A stretch of 64,000 bases of DNA from a virus. Lineage: Duplodnaviria > Heunggongvirae > Uroviricota > Caudoviricetes. Numbering within the stretch: the first letter of the stretch is position 1; the number at the start of each line of letters is the position of its first letter. The notes under the pieces are model-generated. The model searched no databases. It was not told the origin of the DNA and saw nothing but the letters and a program-made list of their open reading frames with translations. Below, one piece after another: positions 51,393 to 61,421 of this stretch. The stretch is from IMG/VR virus record IMGVR_UViG_2548876947_000004. One strand, 5' to 3'. Made by a program: the position numbers and the translations under genes.

Positions 51393-52687
51393 TCACTATT
51401 ACCAAAGAGCGACTACTGACAATCAAGCAGTGGCGCGAAACATACGGACCTGGTAGCAACGTTGTACTGCCAGCAGAAGAAGCGGAAGAACTGGCACGAA
51501 TTGCTCTGGCATCGCTGGAAGCAGAACCAGTTGCTTATATTTTCAAACATCCGGCCGGGAAATTATTCTGGGCTTTAACGGATGAAAGCAATAAAGAGCA
51601 ACCGGACGTTATTCCTGTTTATGCTGACTCACCTGCGCCGGTTGTGCCGGATGAAATAGACGTAAACGATGTACCAAGGGCGGTGACATATTTCAAGACA
51701 CACAGAGATTGTTACGCAGATGGCTGGAACGCCTGCCGCGCCGCCATGCTTCAGTCCGGAAACTTTCGGGAAAACAAGAATTCGTCAACCAATAATTTTC
51801 GGGAAATCGCGGAAACGTCAACCAACTATCCGGTAATTCCTAGTGAGGTGTTGTCCGCAATCCTGAAGGTTGCCAAGATTCGTGCCGATTTCGATGATTT
51901 TGACGGTGACAGGCGAGGTATCGGTGATTGTCTGGATGAGGCTGAGCAAGAGCTTATCGTTACCATTAACAAATATGCCAGTCAGTTGGCAGCAGAACCG
52001 ATAGCGACTAATGACGTTCGAGAGCAAACAGCCGTTCCGCCAGTTCCTGTAATACAGGCTGATGTCGCGCAGGCAATTGAAAAACTCAAACGGAAATTAG
52101 TGGAATGCAATCGCTATAACTACTGCGCAGATGCAGTTAAGGGCGTTGAGTATGCCTGCCACGCTGCCATGCTTCAGGGTAGCCAACCTGTAAGCCAAAG
52201 TAAGACTTACAGGTTGGATTTTGGGCAATGGCTGGAACAGCAACGCGGGAAAATCGATGTGGACTGTGGTTGTGTGTCCACTGAAACATTCATGCACTGG
52301 CTGCGGGTAGCTTACGAGGCTGGCAACTATCCGGATATTCCGGATAGTTCGGTGCCAGCGCCAGGAAAGGGCGTCACCGGTGAACGTATCCGCATTAAGC
52401 CGCATGTTTATCGCGAACTGGTTAACCGTCTCCACGATACAGCGATCAAGTGTGCTGGCACCCAGCAATTACGAGAAAGAATTAGCCGTGTTTTGGGCGA
52501 CGTTATTACGCCATATCATCATAAACAAGCCGAGAAAAGCGGTCTGGAAAGGTGTCATCTTGAGGCAGCATTAAACATTAAGCCGGGGCATACGCTTGGC
52601 ATTATTGATGCACTGTTGGTTCATAAGATGGCCAGGGCTTTATTGTCGTTGGTGGACGCTGGTGATACAAGCGAGGGTGAAGTATGA
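51389..52687 (+). CDS. Hypothetical protein with internal duplicated motif (432 aa)
   Basis: CYADGWNACRAAMLQSG and NYCADAVKGVEYACHAAMLQGS are repeated motifs within one ORF. Confidence 0.45.
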   Translation: MITITKERLLTIKQWRETYGPGSNVVLPAEEAEELARIALASLEAEPVAYIFKHPAGKLFWALTDESNKEQPDVIPVYADSPAPVVPDEIDVNDVPRAVTYFKTHRDCYADGWNACRAAMLQSGNFRENKNSSTNNFREIAETSTNYPVIPSEVLSAILKVAKIRADFDDFDGDRRGIGDCLDEAEQELIVTINKYASQLAAEPIATNDVREQTAVPPVPVIQADVAQAIEKLKRKLVECNRYNYCADAVKGVEYACHAAMLQGSQPVSQSKTYRLDFGQWLEQQRGKIDVDCGCVSTETFMHWLRVAYEAGNYPDIPDSSVPAPGKGVTGERIRIKPHVYRELVNRLHDTAIKCAGTQQLRERISRVLGDVITPYHHKQAEKSGLERCHLEAALNIKPGHTLGIIDALLVHKMARALLSLVDAGDTSEGEV

Positions 52688-53046
52688 GAGTTGCAGATCA
52701 CATCAAACACCTTGAAAGAATTATCGAAAACGGTGAACTCTTAAGAGATCAGATGAGACGCACGGCAGAAGCCAGGGAGGCGATAATCCGCAGTCAGGCT
52801 GGTAAATTAAAGCAATTGTCAGAGATTAACACGCTATACAAGAACAGATGTAACCGGGCGGTGATGCGGCTTCAGAAAGCACGTAATGAAATTAAATTGG
52901 TGGAGGCAAAACTGAAAAAACAGATCCAGCGTTACGATCAGCAAGATGCTTTTTATGCCGCCATCAAGGCGGCTGCTAATGAAATAGGCATCTGGAAGTT
53001 GCTGGTGGAGAAAGCAAAGACGAAGTTAAATGCCAACGAAAGCTGA
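52684..53046 (+). CDS. Coiled-coil protein (120 aa), last gene of the plus-strand operon
   Basis: ORF overlapping the upstream stop; highly charged heptad pattern. Confidence 0.45.
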   Translation: MRVADHIKHLERIIENGELLRDQMRRTAEAREAIIRSQAGKLKQLSEINTLYKNRCNRAVMRLQKARNEIKLVEAKLKKQIQRYDQQDAFYAAIKAAANEIGIWKLLVEKAKTKLNANES

Positions 53047-53121
53047 ACTACAGGTGCCCACCAGCACATACAGAAAATGATTGTTTCCACATCAAGGAGA
53101 TTTTAATGTTTCACTGAAACA

Positions 53122-53259
53122 TTAAGTAAGCCAGTGCATAATTCCATTTTTTACTGACCTTAAAAGCAAAATCAAAACGATGATGAGGATAATAGCCAGA
53201 ATCTGGCTAATAATAGGCGCATCTAAAAATGCACTCAGGAACTGAAAAAAAGCGTTCAT
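53122..53259 (-). CDS. Small hydrophobic peptide (45 aa)
   Basis: MNAFFQFLSAFLDAPIISQILAIILIIVLILLLRSVKNGIMHWLT preceded by AAGGAA; not in the ORF track (<60 aa). Confidence 0.3.
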   Translation of the reverse strand: MNAFFQFLSAFLDAPIISQILAIILIIVLILLLRSVKNGIMHWLT

Positions 53260-54247
53260 TCAGGTGGTTCCTTGTCAAATGTAAAGGTGCACTTGCTCAC
53301 GTTGACGTAGAAACCCAACCCCTATATAGTTGGATTCGGTGAATGAAAGTCGTTAACGTGAGCTTACGGCACATGTTTTCGGAAAAACATCAGGGAACGG
53401 CTAATTCCTTGATGCGGGTGGGGTCTGTAATGCAGACCCTATCTATTAACGTCATGATTGCATCTCAAATTTTCTCCTTATCTTCAATTAATCTACATTC
53501 ATTTCATCTGTTAGCCACCACAATATGTAGAAAATGGCCCTCTTGCAAGTGCATAACTTTGTGGATAACTCAGGAAGGAAAAAGTGGCTTTCGCGCACCT
53601 TCGGTCAGACAAGGTGTCCGGGAAAGTCAACGCAAAGAAAAAAATTGTTAAAAATAACGTTTGTTGGAATTGTATATTTTTACCCCCTTCAATGGTTAGC
53701 ATTCTATTAACATCTTTTTTTAGAGACAGAAAAACATATCGTAACAACATATATACAGTATTAAGAGGCGAGTATTATCCTGCGGTGGGAATTCTGGGCG
53801 CTGTTAGATTCGACTTTCTCAGCAGGATTACATCGTCAACTTGCGACGTTGCCGTATGACTTTCGTGTAATAGGTGACAATGATGCGGCTAGTGAGTTAC
53901 TTGTGAAGTTTTTCGGAAAAGGTTTTGTGGCCTCGGATCTTGATGAGCTACAGCAACATGAAGTGTCTAATTTGATTTTTAGCCATAGCCAATAAGCCTC
54001 CCTCCTCCATCAAGGCCACAATTTGTGACCTTAAACAATTTTTTTTCTGCTTTTTCTTATTTGAGGAAATAACGTTGTTGACAGCTAATAGGCTCGTTGT
54101 TGTTATACATGCCTGTATAGATTATGACCGTAAATTATTAGCGGATTTTAAGCCATATTCACCGTTGTAGAAATTACTCATGTTCCATTCATTAGGAAGT
54201 TCTTTTCTGTCCAATGTATAGTGGCGCACGATATAACGATCTTCATC

Positions 54248-54478
54248 TTATTCGATGGACAGGCGGACATAGCCAATGTGAATCACCGATACGGGCGGTG
54301 TTCGTATTGCATAGATGTCGCGGAGATATACCGGCAGCTCGACAAATGCATCAGGTGCATCTGTGATGCTCGTTTTTTCACAGTATTCATATAACGCATC
54401 GTTGATATCGTTAAGAGATTCATGATCGTATATTTCCAGGTAATTACCGCGATCGCGATGGTACTCGATTTTAGCCAT
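54248..54478 (-). CDS. Hypothetical small protein (76 aa)
   Basis: ORF immediately downstream of and contiguous with the 194-aa gene. Confidence 0.4.
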   Translation of the reverse strand: MAKIEYHRDRGNYLEIYDHESLNDINDALYEYCEKTSITDAPDAFVELPVYLRDIYAIRTPPVSVIHIGYVRLSIE

Positions 54479-55063
54479 TCAAAATCCCCTGTTATCGTTT
54501 TGCATTTCTCTAATCCGGTTCAGAACTACTTCGTGCTGGACTTGGATAGCGGCTTTTTCGTTTTCAAGCCGGGCAATAGACATCTCTAATTCTTTGCTGT
54601 ACCAGGCGAGCTGGGCTAGGTTCATCCGGTTGTGGTCGAGAGTTGGAGACACTTCGACGCGATCCCTTTCTTCCTGCTTTAATGAGAAGAGATTCATCTC
54701 ATCCATTGAGGAAAATTCAGCAACAATTTCTTGTTGATGATCCGGTCGCTGCGGCATCCTCGCCAGTATAAATGGCGGTTCTTTTGAAAACATGAATGTC
54801 GGTTCAGACCGTGTTTTTACCCAGCTTGCCTGCTGTCTTTCGGCAAGTTCACAGGCTTCATCATAGTTATCTGCCAAACAAAGCACGGATGGACGGTCCC
54901 ACGCCCCACCATTCAGACAATAAACTACAATTTTCCCGTCAGGTTGTGTAACCCCATATGGATGGTCCCACCAGGCGTCCAGCTGAGCTTTAGAGCGTTT
55001 CTCGTTAGGAGTGCAGTCAAAATTTTTGGGCAATACAGGATCGAGAGGAATGCGATTAGGCAT
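54479..55063 (-). CDS. Hypothetical protein with C-terminal coiled coil (194 aa)
   Basis: ORF divergent from the umuD-like gene. Confidence 0.45.
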   Translation of the reverse strand: MPNRIPLDPVLPKNFDCTPNEKRSKAQLDAWWDHPYGVTQPDGKIVVYCLNGGAWDRPSVLCLADNYDEACELAERQQASWVKTRSEPTFMFSKEPPFILARMPQRPDHQQEIVAEFSSMDEMNLFSLKQEERDRVEVSPTLDHNRMNLAQLAWYSKELEMSIARLENEKAAIQVQHEVVLNRIREMQNDNRGF

Positions 55064-55237
55064 AGCTAATTCCTTATTAACTGATTGGCAACGAGGTTAC
55101 GCTGATCCCGCGGTGATGAATAGTAGCAAAGAGCACAAAATCATCAGCGGTGGTTGATGTACGTAACGCGTTTGCACCAAAGGTGTCTCTTTAATGTATA
55201 CTGTATAAATGAACAGTATTATTGAGGTAAAAACGCT

Positions 55238-55627
55238 ATGGGCTTCCCTTCTCCTGCGGCGGATTATGTTGAAAGCCGAATTTCTCTTGATCAGCAACTA
55301 ATCAGGCATCCATCAGCAACCTACTTCATGCGGGCAGCTGATAGCCATCACCGTGAGGGAATATTGCAGGGTGCTTTGCTGGTGGTTGATTCCTCGCTTA
55401 CTCCGGTTGATGGTTCTCTGCTTGTGTGCGCTATGGAGGGTGAATATCGCATAAAGAGATACCGAAAGTATCCGCGCCAGCACCTGGAGGATTTAAGCAC
55501 CGGGAAGAAAGAGGCGTTACCAGTAGATGACGATGGTTACACGGGTAGTAATGCTGTTTTTGGTGTGATCACTCATGTCATCAATGATGCCCGGAGTGGG
55601 GAGTTTGATGATTGTCCGGTCATTTAA
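55238..55627 (+). CDS. humD: UmuD-like S24 peptidase-fold protein (129 aa)
   Basis: MGFPSPAADYVE...GALLVVDSS...VCAMEGEYRIKRY matches the UmuD/MucA family. Confidence 0.8.
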   Translation: MGFPSPAADYVESRISLDQQLIRHPSATYFMRAADSHHREGILQGALLVVDSSLTPVDGSLLVCAMEGEYRIKRYRKYPRQHLEDLSTGKKEALPVDDDGYTGSNAVFGVITHVINDARSGEFDDCPVI

Positions 55628-55699
55628 GCTGCAAAGTGCTGGTGCTTTATGCCTGTGAAGTTTATAATTGTGTACACATAACGAGTACACGAGGTGTTT

Positions 55700-55921
55700 A
55701 TGCAATCCATTAACTTCCGTACCGCGCGCGGCAACCTTTCTGAAGTGCTCAACAATGTTGAAGCCGGGGAAGAGGTTGAAATCACCCGCAGAGGCCGTGA
55801 GCCAGCAGTAATTGTCAGCAAGGCTACTTTCGAAGCCTACAAAAAAGCGGCGCTGGATGCTGAATTTGCATCCCTGTTTGACACCCTGGACTCCACCAAC
55901 AAGGAACTGGTTGACCGATAA
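55700..55921 (+). CDS. phd: Antitoxin Phd (73 aa)
   Basis: [73 protein letters not shown] matches my recollection of P1 Phd; SD GAGG upstream. Confidence 0.9.
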   Translation: MQSINFRTARGNLSEVLNNVEAGEEVEITRRGREPAVIVSKATFEAYKKAALDAEFASLFDTLDSTNKELVDR

Positions 55922-56301
55922 TGAGGCATATATCACCGGAAGAACTTATTGCGCTTCATGATGCGAATATAAACCGCTACGGCGGCCTGCCGGGAATGTC
56001 AGATCCGGGTAGGGCAGAGGCCATTATCGGGAGAGTTCAGGCCAGAGTTGCCTACGAAGAGATCACCGACCTTTTCGAAGTCTCCGCCACCTACCTGGTG
56101 GCTACAGCGAGAGGGCATATATTCAATGATGCCAATAAGCGTACCGCGCTAAACAGTGCGCTGTTATTTCTACGCCGTAACGGGGTGCAGGTATTTGATT
56201 CACCTGAACTGGCAGACCTTACTGTAGGCGCTGCGACTGGCGAGATATCTGTATCTTCTGTCGCCGACACGTTACGTAGATTGTATGGTTCTGCGGAGTA
56301 G
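55921..56301 (+). CDS. doc: Toxin Doc (Fic-fold kinase, 126 aa)
   Basis: ATG overlaps the phd stop; Fic-type motif region [11 protein letters not shown]; 126 aa. Confidence 0.9.
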   Translation: MRHISPEELIALHDANINRYGGLPGMSDPGRAEAIIGRVQARVAYEEITDLFEVSATYLVATARGHIFNDANKRTALNSALLFLRRNGVQVFDSPELADLTVGAATGEISVSSVADTLRRLYGSAE

Positions 56302-56305
56302 ATTA

Positions 56306-56485
56306 ATGGCACGCAAATACAACAAATTGTCCCGTGAAGCGTTAAAGATGCTTCTTGATGGCGTGAGTCGCCGCGAGGTAAAGCAATACCTGGTTGGTAA
56401 GCAAATTGGAGCCAGGACTGCTATTGCTGTGTTATGCCGTCAGGAAATGGTTGTGCTTAAACAGAGAATGCCGGGCAGCAGATAA
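56306..56485 (+). CDS. Small basic protein downstream of doc (59 aa)
   Basis: Start at ATG five nt after the doc stop. Confidence 0.4.
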   Translation: MARKYNKLSREALKMLLDGVSRREVKQYLVGKQIGARTAIAVLCRQEMVVLKQRMPGSR

Positions 56486-56512
56486 AGCCCAATCAGTGAT
56501 GAAAGGTGTGAT

Positions 56513-57556
56513 GTGAAAGCCGTAATTACTCCCTTTGTACAAAAAGAGCTTGGCGTCGCCACATTCAAAGTGGATCAGGAAGTCAGAAAGCTGGTGGAGG
56601 CTGGCCGTAAATTTATTATGGAGCCGGTGCCGCGTGAGTTAATCGAGCACATGGACGACGGCCTCGTTGTTTCCGAGCAAACCATGGCAACAAATGAGGC
56701 GTTGCAGCCGTTTTTTAACAGCGATGAGCTGTTTCGTCGTATTGGTGGAATTGACGCGCTGGTGGCGTGGTTGCGCAGGAAAGAGGGGCGATGCCAGGCC
56801 GCAGATCGTAGCTGGTGTGACAACCATATTGTCCACGCTGAACGAGACAATAGCGCGGTGTTGTTGTGCTGGCATCACGATAACCATTACCGGATGCGTG
56901 GTTTTAATGAGCTGAAAGAAACGCTGCATAATAATCGCGTTAACTGGATACTGGATGTCGCCCGTCAGGAAATGGGGCTTTCAGATGGCCATGATTTAAG
57001 TATTCAGGAACTGTGCTGGTGGGCTTTCATGCGCAACATGATGCACCTGATGCCGGAAGAAGTTTGCCGTATATCAATAAATAAGATGAAAGCCGCAACG
57101 CAGGATAGCGGACCTCTGAAAGAGGCGGATATTCGCCCGTATGACGATCGCGCTACAGCATATGTTCAGATGATGGAAGAACGCGCCGCGCCGATGCGTG
57201 CAAAAGTATGCCCTGTGGATGTTGACTCCGACCCTGGCATGGCGCATTTCAAAATACCAAAACTGCAATCGCTAAAATTACCTGAGTACATGGACTTTGT
57301 TGCTTCCCGTCCATGCTGTGGGTGTGGAGCGGCGGGAGCTGGCGCTCACATTACGCCTTATATCGTTCGTCATAGTCGATTATGCGCGCATGACATTTAC
57401 GCAATTCCTCTGTGCCAGTCATGCCAGCGTGATATTGAGCGTGACCGCGATAATTGGGAGAAGACGCACGGTAGGCTGGCGATGCATCAACGATTGTTCT
57501 TTGATTACGCGCTTGGAGTCGGCGCTATCACAAGTCACTCGTCGAGCGTTAGATAA
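56513..57556 (+). CDS. Cys-rich hypothetical protein (347 aa)
   Basis: ORF with CCGCGAAG...CAH...CQSCQ cluster near the C-terminus. Confidence 0.5.
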   Translation: MKAVITPFVQKELGVATFKVDQEVRKLVEAGRKFIMEPVPRELIEHMDDGLVVSEQTMATNEALQPFFNSDELFRRIGGIDALVAWLRRKEGRCQAADRSWCDNHIVHAERDNSAVLLCWHHDNHYRMRGFNELKETLHNNRVNWILDVARQEMGLSDGHDLSIQELCWWAFMRNMMHLMPEEVCRISINKMKAATQDSGPLKEADIRPYDDRATAYVQMMEERAAPMRAKVCPVDVDSDPGMAHFKIPKLQSLKLPEYMDFVASRPCCGCGAAGAGAHITPYIVRHSRLCAHDIYAIPLCQSCQRDIERDRDNWEKTHGRLAMHQRLFFDYALGVGAITSHSSSVR

Positions 57557-57573
57557 AGTTGCTCTAATGTATT
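57557..57573 (+). promoter_or_regulatory. Weak C1 operator-like site upstream of the 150-aa gene
   Basis: AGTTGCTCTAATGTATT, about 13/17 match; low confidence. Confidence 0.3.
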
Positions 57574-57644
57574 GCTATTTCTTTAATCGAGGGTATTATA
57601 TTCCACGTTGATTAGTTGACATGGGCTAATCAGTAGGTGACAGG

Positions 57645-58097
57645 ATGTTACTTAACTGGCAGGGACGCCACTTCATGGAAATAAATCACTCACGAATAAC
57701 ATCGTACGAGATTGCGGATTACATGATCCGCACTAAATCTCTTCTATCCGCGAAAGAACTCGCAGCAATTCTTGAAAAGGAATACCCGCATCTGGATATC
57801 GATAAGCGCGATGTTTATCTGCGCTTAAAGGCTATCGCTGTGTCTAAGTATTCGTCTGTTTTGATTGATGACAGTACACGCCCACGTAGATTTCAGATCC
57901 ACTCTCTGAATCCTGAATTCTTTCGCCGTAGCCGCGCTCCGCGCCGGTTTGATGAAAAACTCCAGAACGAACTCTATATGACGCAGGACGAAAAGGAACG
58001 CCGGGAGCACCAGCCTTGGGTAATGGCGCGTCAACTTTTCAATAAGGTGGCCCGTCAGCACCGTCATTACGGTAATGCCACATCCGCACGTATCTGA
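57645..58097 (+). CDS. Candidate late-promoter activator-like protein (150 aa; start could be Met11)
   Basis: Position immediately upstream of pacA, as for lpa in P1; basic C-terminus. Assignment by position only. Confidence 0.35.
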   Translation: MLLNWQGRHFMEINHSRITSYEIADYMIRTKSLLSAKELAAILEKEYPHLDIDKRDVYLRLKAIAVSKYSSVLIDDSTRPRRFQIHSLNPEFFRRSRAPRRFDEKLQNELYMTQDEKERREHQPWVMARQLFNKVARQHRHYGNATSARI

Positions 58098-58182
58098 TTG
58101 ATTGCTTGCCCGTTCCGGGCCTTTTGACATGTGACTTTCGTTACCCTCGCGTCAAAAAGAGTTTTTACGAAAGGAAGCATAA

Positions 58183-59376
58183 GTGACCTGGGACGATCAC
58201 AAGAAGAATTTTGCTCGCCTGGCGCGAGATGGTGGTTACACCATCGCACAGTATGCCGCCGAGTTTAATCTTAACCCTAATACTGCACGTCGTTATCTCC
58301 GTGCCTTCAAAGAAGACACCAGGACAGCGGACAGCCGCAAGCCAAATAAGCCAGTCAGGAAGCCACTAAAAAGCATGATCATTGATCACTCTAATGATCA
58401 ACATGCAGGTAATCACATTGCGGCTGAAATAGCGGAAAAACAAAGGGTTAATGCCGTTGTCAGTGCCGCAGTCGAGAATGCGAAGCGCCAAAATAAGCGC
58501 ATAAATGATCGTTCTGATGATCATGACGTGATCACCCGCGCCCACCGGACCTTACGAGATCGCCTGGAACGCGACACCTTGGATGATGATGGTGAACGCT
58601 TTGAATTCGAAGCTGGCGATTACCTGATAGATAACGTTGAAGCGCGGAAGGCCGCGCGCGCTATGTTGCGTCGGTCCGGGGCCGATGTTCTGGAAACCAC
58701 TCTTCTGGAAAAGTCTCTTTCTCATCTCCTTATGCTGGAGAACGCCAGGGATACGTGTATTCGCCTGGTGCAGGAAATGCGCGATCAGCAAAAAGACGAT
58801 GATGAAGGTACTCCGCCTGAATACCGTATCGCGAGCATGCTAAACAGCTGTTCCGCGCAGATAAGCAGTCTGATCAACACCATTTACAGCATCCGGAATA
58901 ACTATCGAAAAGAAAGCCGGGAGGCGGAAAAGCACGCTTTATCTATGGGGCAAGCTGGCATTGTTAAGCTGGCATACGAACGAAAGCGTGAAAATAACTG
59001 GTCAGTGCTGGAAGCAGCTGAATTCATCGAGGCGCATGGCGGGAAAGTGCCGCCCCTGATGCTGGAGCAAATCAAAGCCGATCTGCGTGCTCCTAAGACC
59101 AATACCGATGATGAGGAAAGGCAAACAGCCGTCGGTGGCCCTTCTCTTGAAGATCTGGACAAAGTTGCGCGAGAACGGGCCGCCAACCGCCGCGCCGATG
59201 CCGCATTGTGGATTGAGCAGCGTAGGGAAGAAATCGCCGATATCGTTGATACAGGCGGTTATGGAGATGTTGATACTGAAGGTGTATCAAACGACCCATG
59301 GCTGGAACAAGACCTGGACGAAGACGAGGAGGAAGACGAAGAAGTTACCCGCAAGCTATACGGGGATGATGATTAA
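58183..59376 (+). CDS. pacA: Terminase small (pac-recognition) subunit (397 aa)
   Basis: Contains the pac-type hexamer clusters internally; acidic C-terminus; followed by overlapping large subunit. Confidence 0.75.
   Translation: MTWDDHKKNFARLARDGGYTIAQYAAEFNLNPNTARRYLRAFKEDTRTADSRKPNKPVRKPLKSMIIDHSNDQHAGNHIAAEIAEKQRVNAVVSAAVENAKRQNKRINDRSDDHDVITRAHRTLRDRLERDTLDDDGERFEFEAGDYLIDNVEARKAARAMLRRSGADVLETTLLEKSLSHLLMLENARDTCIRLVQEMRDQQKDDDEGTPPEYRIASMLNSCSAQISSLINTIYSIRNNYRKESREAEKHALSMGQAGIVKLAYERKRENNWSVLEAAEFIEAHGGKVPPLMLEQIKADLRAPKTNTDDEERQTAVGGPSLEDLDKVARERAANRRADAALWIEQRREEIADIVDTGGYGDVDTEGVSNDPWLEQDLDEDEEEDEEVTRKLYGDDD
58377..58534 (+). promoter_or_regulatory. pac packaging site: two clusters of TGATC(A/G) hexamers
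   Basis: TGATCA x3 at 58377-58400 and TGATCG/TGATCA/TGATCA at 58506-58534, each containing a Dam GATC site, about 105 bp apart inside pacA. Confidence 0.6.
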
Positions 59377-60860
59377 TGGCCAGAAGTTGCGTAACGGATC
59401 CTCGTTGGCGCGAGCTGGTGGCGCTATATCGTTATGACTGGATTGCTGCCGCTGATGTTTTGTTCGGCAAAACACCTACCTGGCAGCAGGATCTGATTAT
59501 TGAGTCTGTGCAGGAACAGGGTAGCAAGACATCTGTTTCGTCTGGTCACGGTACCGGGAAATCAGACATGACTTCTATCATGATCATGTTGTTCATAATC
59601 ATGTATCCCGGTGCCCGCGCCATTATCGTTGCGAACAAAATTCAGCAGGTAATGACCGGTATATTCAAGTACATCAAGATAAACTGGGCTACTGCCACCA
59701 GCCGTTTTCCATGGCTTGCTGATTATTTTGTTCTGACAGAAACCGCTTTCTATGAGGTTACTGGTAAAGGTGTATGGACTGTAGTACCGAAGGGCTTTCG
59801 TCTGGGAAGTGAAGAAGCTCTCGCCGGTGAACACGCAGATCATCTTCTGTATATTATCGATGAAGCCTCCGGTGTCAGTGATAGAGCTTTCGGTATCATC
59901 ACCGGTGCTCTTACCGGACAGGATAACCGCATCTTATTGCTGTCACAGCCTACACGCCCAAGCGGCTATTTCTACGATACTCACCATAAACTGGCCAAGC
60001 GTCCTGGTAACCCTGATGGCGTTTATACGGCGATCACGCTTAACAGTGAGGAATCACCGCTGGTAACGCCAGCATTTATCAAAATGAAGCTGGCGGAGTA
60101 CGGCGGGCGCGATAACCCTATGTACATGATTAAGGTACGCGGCCTATTCCCTAAATCACAGGATGGCTTCCTTCTTGGACGTGATGAGGTTGAACGTGCA
60201 ACGCGGCGGAAAGTCAAGATTGCCAAAGGATGGGGCTGGCTTGCATGTGTGGACGTTGCTGGTGGTACGGGAAGGGATAAGTCCGTTATCAATATCATGA
60301 TGGTGTCCGGCCAGCGAAACAAACGCCGTGTAATCAACTATCGAATGCTGGAATACACAGACGTTACAGAAACGCAGCTTGCCGCCAAAATTTTCGCAGA
60401 ATGTAATCCTGAGCGATTCCCCAATATCACCATAGCGATAGATGGCGATGGCCTGGGTAAAGCAACAGCGGATCTGATGTACGAGTATTATGGTATTACC
60501 GTACAGCGTATACGCTGGGGTAAAAAGATGCATAGCCGTGAAGATAAGAGCCTGTACTTTGATAAACGTGCTTATGCCAACGTTAAAGCCGCAGAGGCCG
60601 TAAAATCTGGTCGTATGAGACTGGATAAGGGTAATGAAACTATTGAGGAAGCGTCGAAAATCCCTGTAGGGATTAACTCCGCAGGTCAATGGAAGGTGAT
60701 GAGTAAGGAGGATATGAAGAAAAAACTCAACCTGCACTCACCAGACCATTGGGATACATATTGTTTCGCTATACTGGCGGATTATGTTCCCCAGGATGAA
60801 GTGCTTAGCGTCGAAGACGAAGCGCAGGTTGATGAAGCTCTGGCATGGCTTAATGAATGA
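59376..60860 (+). CDS. pacB: Terminase large subunit (494 aa)
   Basis: ATG overlaps the pacA stop; Walker-A-like SGHGTGKS; terminase-like acidic motifs. Confidence 0.8.
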   Translation: MARSCVTDPRWRELVALYRYDWIAAADVLFGKTPTWQQDLIIESVQEQGSKTSVSSGHGTGKSDMTSIMIMLFIIMYPGARAIIVANKIQQVMTGIFKYIKINWATATSRFPWLADYFVLTETAFYEVTGKGVWTVVPKGFRLGSEEALAGEHADHLLYIIDEASGVSDRAFGIITGALTGQDNRILLLSQPTRPSGYFYDTHHKLAKRPGNPDGVYTAITLNSEESPLVTPAFIKMKLAEYGGRDNPMYMIKVRGLFPKSQDGFLLGRDEVERATRRKVKIAKGWGWLACVDVAGGTGRDKSVINIMMVSGQRNKRRVINYRMLEYTDVTETQLAAKIFAECNPERFPNITIAIDGDGLGKATADLMYEYYGITVQRIRWGKKMHSREDKSLYFDKRAYANVKAAEAVKSGRMRLDKGNETIEEASKIPVGINSAGQWKVMSKEDMKKKLNLHSPDHWDTYCFAILADYVPQDEVLSVEDEAQVDEALAWLNE

Positions 60861-60865
60861 ATATT

Positions 60866-60882
60866 TGCTCTAATAAATTGTG
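60866..60882 (+). promoter_or_regulatory. C1 operator upstream of the second c4-icd-ant-like module
   Basis: TTTGCTCTAATAAATTG, 15/17 match, 5 bp after the pacB stop. Confidence 0.65.
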
Positions 60883-61059
60883 TTTTTTAGCTGCCGATGT
60901 TACATTGAACCTGACCTCTTGCGCCTTGAGGCATTTTCGGTTTATGCTTATCAGGCACCTCATTAAAACGGGTGCCGGGATTGGCCTCCCGCTTAAGTCT
61001 AAGGCGATACAGACGCCGCTCGCGTCTTTTTTTTGTATCGGCGTACACGCACACCTCTA

Positions 61060-61140
61060 CAATGGTGGGCTGTATGGGGCTACCTTCGGGTAGGCTGGTT
61101 ACCTTGGACGCCAGTAAGGCCAACTCCGTACAGTCCACCG
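61060..61140 (+). ncRNA. c4-like antisense RNA, copy 2 (divergent sequence, same architecture)
   Basis: Closing stem ctgtatgg/ccgtacag around hairpins ctacc-ttcg-ggtag and ctgg-ttaccttggacg-ccag; loop ccttggacg is complementary (9 bp, one G-U) to cgtctaagg covering the SD of the downstream icd-like gene (61180-61188). Confidence 0.4.
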
Positions 61141-61199
61141 CCAGCAAGATTGGTCTCTTCTGCGGTGGTTACATACCAACGTCTAAGGAGGCTGCCAAT

Positions 61200-61421
61200 A
61201 TGGCTACTATCCCTACCCCAACTCATCCTGAATTTATCTGGCGCTTTTACTCCTGCCAAAAACGTCACTATCACTTCGTTATTGCACCAACAGAAGATGA
61301 GGCCCGCTCTCAGCTTCCTGACGCCCCATGTATTTTCTCTGCCCGTTTTTCCACTGATTCACGCAATTCTCTCAGTTACTGGTGCCTCCCTGTTAACGCT
61401 TCTGCTCAGGAGGGACTATGA
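61200..61421 (+). CDS. Icd-like small protein, copy 2 (73 aa)
   Basis: MATIPTPTHPEFIWRFYSCQKRHYHFVIAPTEDEARSQLPD... is paralogous to the 12986..13207 product; SD AAGGAGG. Confidence 0.55.
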   Translation: MATIPTPTHPEFIWRFYSCQKRHYHFVIAPTEDEARSQLPDAPCIFSARFSTDSRNSLSYWCLPVNASAQEGL

